Positions 55,808 through 64,000 of a stretch of DNA of 64,000 nt are shown here, one piece after another. The DNA comes from an uncultured bacterium. Lineage in GTDB: Bacteria > Patescibacteriota > Minisyncoccia > UBA6257 > 2-01-FULL-56-20. The notes under the pieces were generated by a model. That model worked only from the letters and a program-made list of their open reading frames with translations. It ran no database searches and was not told the DNA's origin. Within the stretch, counting starts at the first letter, position 1. Each line of letters starts with the position of its first letter. The stretch lies in assembly GCA_963768625.1 (NCBI GenBank), contig CAVYIK010000003.1:390715-454714 (forward strand), in the 5' to 3' direction. The position numbers were made by a program, and so were the translations under genes.

Positions 55808-58304
55808 TCAGTGATAGACGATGACCTCGCTTTTGCCGATATTCCCCGACGCTCCAGATGCTTGGACCGCGAGAACATTCTGCCCGTTCAGGGATGGCGG
55901 CGTGAACAGCCAGGAGAAGTTATAACTGGCCCCAAAAGGCCCTGAGAAATCTCCCACGTCAACACCATTCCACAAGACCGACAACTTCGCGATGGTTTCC
56001 GTGTCGGTGATCTTCGCCGCTACCGCCACCGTATTGCCGATGAACGTGCCTGGCGAAGGCGCCGCGATCGCGATCTGCGGTGGGCCGCCTGGGAAAGGAG
56101 CCTGTGGCTGATTTGACGCGGGAGAAAATATCGGTTGGTTGTAAGAAGAGAAGTTCGGCATATTTTTCGCGGCCCACGTGAGGAGGCGGTCTCCCAATTA
56201 TGGAATTGCGGGTCGGCATTCGGATCGGTGGGCGTGCGGCCCCGTCGGGTCGTTCTTGTCTACGTAGTACAGAATGGTGTGCAGTTGGTTATTGTAAAGA
56301 TAATTGCCCGCGAGGATCGGCTTTGTGGGGTTCGTGGGGTCCGGCTTCATAAAGGTCGCGAGCGGCTGGTTTGCAAGCGCTTTTGCCATAAAGGCGTGCC
56401 AGATCGGGACCGCAGCGAGAATGCTTGACCCATTTTTTTGCATGGGGGTGTTGTCGTTATTGCCCGCCCAGACGCCAACAACGAACGCGGGGGTGTATCC
56501 CATCGCCCACGCGTCACGGTAATCGTTCGAGGTTCCGGTCTTGAGGGCTACATCATAGCCGGGGAAGTCGGTGAGGTTCATGCTGTTTTGGAAAAGCGGC
56601 TCGCGCGCCTGCGCGTCGGAGAGAATGTCGTTCACGAGGCGGACCGATTGCGCGTCAGCGACCGTGCGTAGACTGGTCGGCATAGGACTCGAGCGTGTTG
56701 CCGTTCGCATCCTGCACCGAGAGGATCATGGTTTGCGCGTGTTTCACGCCGTCCTCCGCAAGCGCGGCATATGCCTCCGTGAGGTCGATGAGCTGCACCG
56801 CGCCGCCGCCGAGCACGAGCGAAAGGCCGTACGCGTCGGGATCGGTGAGCGTCGTGAGCCCGAAGTTGTAGGCGTTGTTCACCGCGTTCTTGATCCCCAC
56901 GAGATAGAGCATCTCCACCGCCGGGACGTTCACCGATTGGGCGAGCGCGTTGCGGATGGAGATGGGCCCCTGGAACGTTCCTTCAAAATCCTGCGGATGG
57001 AAACAGTGTGTGTCGGTGTTGTTAAGATCGGGGATCGCGGGGCATGCGGGGTCGGTGCTGAATTCCGTGGGGACATCAAAGAGCGTCGGTGTCGGGCGTG
57101 TATCCTTTTTGGAATGCGGTGAGATACACAAATGGCTTGAGTGAGGATCCCGGCTGGCGGAGCCCCTGCGTGGCAACATTGAAGTTCGGTTCAAATTTGC
57201 AGTTCGACGCCCGGCGTGCAGCCGACAGGGAGCGACGAGGTCGCAAAATAATCGCGCGAGCCCACCATGGCGAGCACTTGCCCCGTCGTGGGGTCCTGCG
57301 CCACAAGCGCGGCGTTATAGCCCTGATAGAGCTTCTGGTTCTGCTCGGCGCCGGTCTTTACCGCGTTCTCCGCGTCCTGTTGCAGGTTCCAATCAAGCGT
57401 GGTCATCACCTTGAGCCCGCCGTGGGTCACAAGGTTTTCGCCGTATTTTTGGACGAGATAATCCTCCACCGCCATCACGAAAGTGCGGCGCTTTGATGCC
57501 GCCCGTTGATTGCGGCTGGAAGGTGATTTTGTAGGCGAGCGCGTCGTTAAATTGCGCCTTCGTGATTTTTCCCAGTGTCGTACATCCTCTGGAGCACGAG
57601 CTTTTGGCGGTTGAGAAGTTCGCTCGCGTGGCTGCCCCACGGCGAATAGTAGGTTGGCGCCTGCGGGATCGCGGCGAGGAGCGCGCTTTGCGCAAGGTTG
57701 AGCTGCGCACCGGTTCGTTGAAATACGCTTCGCTTGCCTCCTCAACGCCCGAGATGGTCGCGCCGTAGGGAGCTTCGTTCAGATAGAGCGCAGAGGATCT
57801 GGTCCTTTGAATAATATTCATTGAGCTTGATCGCGAGGATGAAGCTCTTTTATTTTCCGCGAGACGGTTTGGTCAAGCGTGAGGAACGCGGTCCGCGCGA
57901 GCTGCTGGGTGATGGTGGAGCCGCCCTGCGCGAGGGAGCCGGTCGTCACGTCCACATAGAGCGCGCGGAGGATCCCCTTCCAATCAAACGCGGGCTCGTT
58001 ATAAAAATTTTCGATCTTCAATGGCGATCGTCGCGTCCTTCAGGGTCTGCGGGATTTGGTCAAAGGGCACCACCGTCCTCCGCTCGCCGGCGTTGATCTC
58101 GTAGAGCAGCACGGTGCCGGTGCGGTCGTAGATCTTGGTTGACTGGCCGATCTGCTGGTTTGAGATTTCCTCAATGGAGGGGAGCGTGTTCGCAAAATAA
58201 AGGACGGCGAGGAAGAAAACGATGAACCCCGCAGCCACCGCGATGCCGATCATTTGAACGAATGCGCACCACGTTCTCTTTTTGTCGCCGTTCTCTTCTT
58301 TCAT
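55808..58304 (-). pseudogene. class A penicillin-binding protein (transglycosylase/transpeptidase), at least 6 frame changes
   Basis: N-terminal TM helix, GT51 motifs ATIAIEDRKF and GGSTITQQLAR, transpeptidase motifs GSSLKPFVY (SxxK) and KTGTSNDYRDAWAMGYTP (KTG), then a C-terminal Ig-like extension in ORF 55808-56197. Confidence 0.85.
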
Positions 58305-58366
58305 ACCCCCTTATTATCAAATAAAAACAGCCCTCTCCGCAAGCCCGCTGGGCAGCGAGAGCTATT

Positions 58367-58579
58367 TTATATCAAGACGGGCTTACTCCTCGTTATGAGG
58401 TCGCCGCTCCTACATCCGTATTCTTCCCCCTTTTCCTTCTCCTCGTCTCTCGGCTCTTCGGTCCGCTGTCGTCGGCGCCGTCTTTCGTCATCGTCGAGGT
58501 CCACGTCGCCGTCTTCCTTGGGTCCTCGTCGCTCAAGCGGCCGAAACGCAAGATTTAAAATTTTTAATTCAGTCGCCAT
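58367..58579 (-). CDS. hypothetical small charged protein (70 aa)
   Basis: ORF between ruvC and the PBP gene. Its low-complexity R/E/D-rich sequence makes coding status uncertain. Confidence 0.2.
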   Translation of the reverse strand: MATELKILNLAFRPLERRGPKEDGDVDLDDDERRRRRQRTEEPRDEEKEKGEEYGCRSGDLITRSKPVLI

Positions 58580-58669
58580 GGTAACCGATAGTTCACGACC
58601 TTTCTTTTTGTTTCAATCAGTATATGGAGCGCGTTTCCGTGTCAATCCACAGATACAAGCATAACGGCC

Positions 58670-59151
58670 TTAAAAGCCTGTTAAACCGGTTTCCGCGCGC
58701 GCCATAATGGCGAGCGCCAGGGCGTCGCTCGCGTCGTCAATGATCGTCAAGGCCGGGCTTTTGAAGGATAAGGCGGACCATCTTGAGGATCGCGGCCTTG
58801 TCCGCAAAGCCGTAGCCCGTCATGCCGAGCTTCACCTCGTTCGGGGCGTATTCCCTTATGGGGATCTTCTGCTTCTCTCGCTGCGAGAAGGATCACGCCG
58901 CGCGCCTGCGCGACCGCAATGGCCGTTTTCTGATTCTTTGCGAAATACAATTTTTCGACGCCGAGAACGTCCGGCTCATATTTTTTGATCAGCCGGTCAA
59001 CCCCCTTTTTCGTTTCTTCGAGCGCCGAGACGTCGTCCATGCTTTTTATTTTTAAGATGCCGGCCGCGAGGTACGCGAGCGCGGTTCCCTCGCTGCGGAC
59101 GATGCCGTAGCCGATCCTCCGCGTGCCCGGGTCAATGCCTAGTGCGATCAT
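58670..59151 (-). pseudogene. ruvC: crossover junction endodeoxyribonuclease RuvC, at least 2 frame changes
   Basis: MIALGIDPGTRRIGYGIV...VEKLYFAKNQKTAIAVAQARGVILLAA. Shifted frames give IPIREYAPNEVKLGMTGYGFADK and IIDDASDALALAIMA. Confidence 0.8.
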
Positions 59152-59155
59152 ATTG

Positions 59156-59706
59156 TTAATTTGCCGTGGGCATGGCGGCGTTCGTAAAGATCTTTTGCAC
59201 GTCATCGTTTTCCTCGAGCGCTTCAGTGAGCGACGCAAGCTTTTGCCTGTCGTCGAGGTGTGACCTCCTGCGGGAATTTCGCGTTCCATTCTCCCTCCGC
59301 GCCCGCGCGGTTCGAAAGCCCATCGGACGCTGCCCGACTCCGCCCACTTCCCACCCGATTCTTTCAGGACGGTTTTTATTTCCTGTACCGTGCGGTTCTT
59401 ATTGTCGCTGATCGCCTCGATCATGATCGCGATGCCGCCGGGCCCGTACGCTTCAAACGTGAGTTCCTCAAGGTTCGCGCCTGCCTCCGCGGCATGTTTC
59501 ACTGCGCGCTCAATGTTTTCCTGCGGCACGCTTGCCTCTCTCGCTTTCAAGATCGCCGTGCGGAGCCGCGGGTTGAAATCCGGATTCGGCTCGGATTTCG
59601 CCGCGGCGGAGACCGCCGCAAGCAATTTCGAAAAAACCTTCCCGCGTTTCTGGTCCGTGGCTTCTTTTTTGTGCTTTATCCCCGCCCAATGAGAGTGGCC
59701 CGACAT
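59156..59706 (-). pseudogene. yebC: YebC/PmpR family DNA-binding transcriptional regulator, frameshifted
   Basis: MSGHSHWAGIKHKKEATDQKRGKVFSKLLAAV...FEAYGPGGIAIMIEAISDNKNRT. The C-terminus DDRQKLASLTEALEENDDVQKIFTNA is in the frame of ORF 59156-59347. Confidence 0.8.
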
Positions 59707-59767
59707 TTCGTTAAGATTATAGCACCACGCTTGAGAGAATGGCCCTTTCGCGCTACAATCAAGGGAA

Positions 59768-61452
59768 ATGGCGGACCCCCAGGCAAAGGACCTTCAGTCA
59801 AAACTTACGAAGCTTCGGCGCGAGGGCGAAGAACGCGCGGCAGAGCGGCTCGCGGAAAAACTGGGCTTGACCTACGTAGACCTCTCAAAAATCCCCGTTT
59901 CGCTTGAGGCGGTGAGGGTTATCCCCGAGGATAAGGCCCGCGACGCGAAGGTCGCGGCGATAGCGCTGCGGGTGCGGAAAATCGCGGTCGCCGCGGCAAA
60001 CCCGGAGCTCCCGGCGGTCAAGGCGCTTGTCCGCGATTTGGAGGCGCAAAGATATGAAGTAAAAACATTCGTTGTTTCCCCGTCCGGGCTTGAGGCGGCA
60101 TGGCGCTTCTATAAGTTCATAAAGCCGACGACGGCGGAGATCACCGGGAAGGTTTCGATTGCACGCGAGAGGATCGACGAATTGAAGGCGCGCCTCATGA
60201 GCCTCGACGCGATTAAAAAAGAATTCGCCGGCTTGGACTTTGCGAAGGTGTCGCCCGTTACCATGATCGAGATAATGCTCGCCGGTGCTTTCGCGATGCG
60301 CGCGTCGGACATCCATACCGAAGCCGGAGAAAAAAAAGCGAAGATCCGTTTCCGCGTGGACGGGCTGCTGCACGACGTGTTCGATGACATGCCGCTCCAC
60401 GCGTACGAGGCGCTCGTTTCGCGCATCAAACTTGCTATCGGAGATGAAGTTGAACGTTCGCGACGAGGCGCAGGACGGACGGTTCACGATCGCGGCTTGC
60501 GGGGAAGGAGATCGAGATGCGCGTCTCGGTGATCCCGGCGGAGTTCGGCGAGACGATCGTGATGAGGATCTTGGACCCGTCGGCGACGCTCGTGGGGCTT
60601 CCCGACCTTGGCCTCCGCGACGGACAATCTGGCGATCGTGAAAAAGCAGCTCGAGAGGCCGAACGGGCTTATTTTGAACACCGGCCCCACCGGCTCCGGG
60701 AAGACGACGACGCTCTACGCGTTCCTGCGCACGATCAACAGACCCGGAGATAAAGATCATCACGCTGGAAGACCCGATCGAATACCGCATTGAGGGAATT
60801 GAACAGACGCAGGTGGACGACGAGGCGGGGTATACGTTCGCGAACGGACTGCGGGCCATCGTGCGGCAGGACCCCGACGTGATCCTTGTGGGCGAGGTGC
60901 GCGATCTTGAGACCGCGGACATCGCTCTGCAGGCGGCCCTGACCGGCCACCTCGTGCTTTCCACGCTCCACACGAACGACGCCGTGGGCGCCGTGCCGCG
61001 GCTCATCAATCTGGGCGTGAAGGCGGTAAGCATCGGCCCGGCGCTTTCGCTCGCGATCGCGCAGCGTCTCGTGCGCGTGCTCTGTCCGGACTGTAAAAAG
61101 CCGGCGGCCGTGAGGCGAAGAGCAGAAAGCCAAAATAAAAAAGTTCCTCGACCGGTTGCCGGCCAAGGTGGACAAGACGAAATACCAAACATACACGCAT
61201 CTATGAACCGGTGGGCTGTACAAAGTGCAACGAGCATCGGGTATAAAGGTCGGAGTAGGGATCTTTGAATTTTTGGAAGGCGGGCCCGACCTTGAAAAGA
61301 CGATTCTGAAAGAAGCGTCCGAGGTCGCGCTCCGCGAAGTGGCGGAGCGGCAGGAGATGGTCACGATGCAGGAGGATGGCATCCTGAAAGTTCTGGACGG
61401 GAAGACGACATTCGACGAAGTCGAGAGCGTGACCGGAGAGATCGAATGGTAG
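59768..61452 (+). pseudogene. GspE/PilB-type secretion (type IV pilus assembly) ATPase, at least 5 frame changes
   Basis: N-terminal GspE_N-like domain, [45 protein letters not shown], Walker [59 protein letters not shown], and CPDCKKP. Confidence 0.85.
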
Positions 61453-61687
61453 CAAACCGTTGGAGGTAGTTGGCTCAAACCTGGGGGCAAATTCCTCGTG
61501 AAAGGATTAAAACCCTTCTATCTAAAGATAAAAGGGACTAGAATTACTCAAAGGAGAGAACCAGCCGGAACCGGTTCATCCTGAAATTTTAGAAATAATT
61601 CCCGCCCCCAGATTTGAATCAGCTACTTCAAGGATATGTTAGCATATAAATTTATCTTGTCAAGGGGGTCTTGGGCACGCCATTTTC

Positions 61688-62704
61688 ATGCCATATTTCA
61701 TGAAAAAAACCACAAAGAATCCCCATATAACAAAGAAGACCAGAATATCGACCTCACGCTCCGGCCCGACGAGCTGGGACGAATATGTCGGACAGGAGAA
61801 GATCAAGGAGAATTTGAAGGTGATACTCGAGGCGGCGAAGAAACGGGGAGAGTCAGCCGACCATCTTTTATTCTCCGGTCCCGCGGGGCTCGGGAAGACG
61901 ACGCTCGCGTATCTTGTCGCGCGCGAGCTCGGCGGCATGATCAAGACCACTTCCGGTCCGGCGCTCGAGAAGACGGGCGACCTCGCCGCGATCCTTACGA
62001 ACCTCTCGCCCGGCGAAATTCTTTTTATTGACGAGGCGCATCGCGTGAATCCGATGATCGAGGAGGTTTTGTATCCCGCGATGGAGTCGCGGAAGCTGCA
62101 TCTCGTGGTCGGCAAGGGGCCGTCCGCGCGGACGCTCTCGCTCGACCTCCCGCCGTTCACCCTGATCGCCGCCACCACGCGCGAAAATCTCCTCTCGCAA
62201 CCGCTGCGCTCGCGGTTCGGGGCGACGCTCGCCTCGGCTACTACACGTGGAGGACATTAAAAAAATATTAAACCGTTCGGCGAAGATATTGGACATTAGG
62301 CAACGCCGGAGGCGATCGAGATTCTTGCGCGCGCCTCGCGCGGTACGCCCCGCGTCGCGAACCGGCTCCTCCGGCGCGCGCGCGACTTCGCCGAAGTGCA
62401 CGGGGAGAAGACGATAGACGATGTAGCGGCCCGGAAGACGCTTGAAATGCTCGAAATTGATGAGGCGGGGCTTGAGCCGCAAGATCGGCGGCTCCTCCTG
62501 ACGATCATCGAGAAGTTCAACGGCGGCCCGGTGGGGATCAATACGCTTGCCGCCGCGCTTTCCGAAGATAAAGGCGTGATCGAGGATATCTACGAGCCGT
62601 TCCTCATGACGCTTGGATTTCTCCAGCGCTCTTCCGCGGGCCGCATCGTGCTCCCGGCGGCATATAAACACTTAAAGATCCACGGCAAGGGCGAGCTGCT
62701 CTAA
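61688..62704 (+). pseudogene. ruvB: Holliday junction branch migration helicase RuvB, at least 2 frame changes near 62230-62320
   Basis: [14 protein letters not shown], Walker [12 protein letters not shown], Walker [10 protein letters not shown], and [20 protein letters not shown]. After the shifts come RGTPRVANRLLRRARDFAEV and the C-terminal wHTH (GLEPQDRRLLLTIIEKFNGGPVGINTLA). Confidence 0.85.
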
Positions 62705-62785
62705 GCCCCTCTCGCGCACAATCCGAGATAAAAAAGCCCGGGTCGCTTACGCTCCCCGGGCCATCGCCGAATCGACGTCCACCAG

Positions 62786-63349
62786 CTAACGCACTCCCAG
62801 AAAATAACCCCTGAGAAGCAGATCGTCGGGTTCCCGGACGCCCTCAAAGCTACCGCCGACCACGTACTGGTCAAGGCGCCGACCTCCAGCTTCCGTTTTC
62901 ACAATGCAGGGAATAACCGTCGTTGATAATCCTATCCGTCCTATTTCGCCGCCTTTCCACCCGTGGGAGTAAAAAAGACCAGTGGCAAACAACGGATATT
63001 CATGTTTGTCGAGATGTTGCGCTTCGTACGCAACTAGATGCGCCAGGGTAGCCGGTTGCCAACCCTCCGCTCGAATCTTGTTTCGGATCGCCTCGATGAC
63101 ATCCCCGGCGTAGACGGGCCTCATGAGCTTCAACCGCTGAAGGAATTTCTTCAGAAGGCCTACGCTGCTGATACTCAGATCTTCCAAGCTGAATATCTTC
63201 GCCTCGAACCCAGTCGCCGTTACAGAACCTCCATCAGCTTCGAGATCGCGATACGCAGCCTCATAGATGCTTTCATAGCGTCCCGCCTCAACGAGAGGGT
63301 ACCGTACCAACTTCTGTTTCGCGGGAGCTACTGACGCTTGTTTGCTCAT
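62786..63349 (-). CDS. hypothetical protein, 187 aa
   Basis: A strong SD (AAAGGAGAG) lies 5 nt upstream of the ATG at 63349. The tracked ORF starts further up at 63415. No domain recognised. Confidence 0.45.
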   Translation of the reverse strand: MSKQASVAPAKQKLVRYPLVEAGRYESIYEAAYRDLEADGGSVTATGFEAKIFSLEDLSISSVGLLKKFLQRLKLMRPVYAGDVIEAIRNKIRAEGWQPATLAHLVAYEAQHLDKHEYPLFATGLFYSHGWKGGEIGRIGLSTTVIPCIVKTEAGGRRLDQYVVGGSFEGVREPDDLLLRGYFLGVR

Positions 63350-63495
63350 AACTCTCCTTTTGTTCGCATTCCGACGAACTGGCAAAAGGGTAACACAGCC
63401 GATCGACAAAGTCAATGGTCGATTTCACGCTGCAACCAAAATCGCTCGAAGATCGTCCAGGCCCGCGCACAAAACATTCTGTTATAGTTAGGTTA

Positions 63496-64000
63496 ATGAA
63501 ATGGGATGGGGCTTTACCGATCACTCTTCTGCTCATTGTAGTAATGGCTTCGGTTGGTGGTGGAATTTGGTACTATAAAACCAATATCTCGCCTACTATG
63601 CCACCTATCAACAACAGCGGTGAGCAGGGTAAGTCACCATCGGACCTGAACAACACCACTCCCGGAAAGGGCCAAGAGATCGCCCTTTCTGTCGGACAGC
63701 AAGCCCAGATCAGAAAAGATCTTGGCATGACGTTGGTTGCCGTTGCGGACGACAGCAGATGCCCCGTCGGCGTGGATTGCGTTTGGTCCGGGGAGCTCGT
63801 TGTCGAAATAAAATTGGATGATTATAACGGCGATACGAATACGACGTTTTTAAGCACGTTGGGTCCACCCGCGTTGAATCCAGAGAAGTACAACGTCAAT
63901 AAAAGTGACTATAGGGCATTCGCCTATCTGTTTAACGGCTACGCAATACAGATTGAAAAAGCATCGCCGCAGCGAACGCCGGCGGACAAGAATCCCACCC
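63496..64000 (+). CDS. hypothetical membrane-anchored protein, 3' end outside the window
   Basis: ATG at 63496, TM helix (ITLLLIVVMASVGGGIWYY), and an open frame to the window end. It is not in the ORF track because no stop is reached. Confidence 0.4.
   Translation, partial: MKWDGALPITLLLIVVMASVGGGIWYYKTNISPTMPPINNSGEQGKSPSDLNNTTPGKGQEIALSVGQQAQIRKDLGMTLVAVADDSRCPVGVDCVWSGELVVEIKLDDYNGDTNTTFLSTLGPPALNPEKYNVNKSDYRAFAYLFNGYAIQIEKASPQRTPADKNPT

Noticed and set aside
56195-56200. Apparent in-frame TAA splitting the PBP gene (possible nonsense or recoding)
   Set aside because: The conserved ADPQFHNWE segment just upstream is only readable in another frame. The stop is therefore a by-product of nearby compensating frameshifts, not a true in-frame stop.
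59885-61237. 450-aa minus-strand ORF
   Set aside because: It is antisense to the GspE/PilB-type ATPase, whose motifs are unambiguous on the plus strand. Its composition is a low-complexity Arg/Ser/Pro shadow.

Overview
This is a roughly 60% GC bacterial chromosome segment that spans the replication origin. The origin synteny is rpmH-rnpA-yidC-jag on the minus strand facing dnaA-dnaN on the plus strand, at about 51.4-55.8 kb. Recognisable housekeeping genes are cfa, ftsH, tyrS, clpP, an H+-pyrophosphatase, nusA, uvrD/pcrA, rsmA, a class A PBP, ruvC, yebC, ruvB and a GspE/PilB-type ATPase. There are three tRNAs: His-GTG, Ile-TAT and Gly-TCC. A 10-13 kb T4SS-like operon (PrgI-like, VirB4-like, VirB6-like, VirB2-like) lies next to the origin. 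The gene content suggests a Patescibacteria/CPR-like small-genome organism; that is inference, not a database result.

The main feature is an 18,021-bp low-GC (about 42%) integrative element at 14874-32894 that splits the competence gene comM. It is bounded by an identical CATGC core, and a 524-aa large serine recombinase ends 2 nt from the left junction. Its cargo has four parts:
- A replication/regulation module: an HTH protein, a zinc-finger P-loop protein, a DUF5659-like protein, a sigma-region-2-only protein and a 610-aa orphan.
- A secreted cassette: an EGF-pattern cysteine-rich protein, a PG-binding protein and a membrane-tethered trypsin-like protease.
- A defence cassette: a membrane NERD protein and AbiEi/AbiEii.
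- A second serine recombinase, preceded by four inverted-repeat modules whose central triplets co-vary.
No virion genes are visible in the element.

Many conserved host genes are broken by frameshifts in a patchy, block-wise pattern, while the element is entirely intact. This looks more like consensus or sequencing error than biology. All calls rest on motif recognition by eye; no BLAST, HMM or folding program was run.
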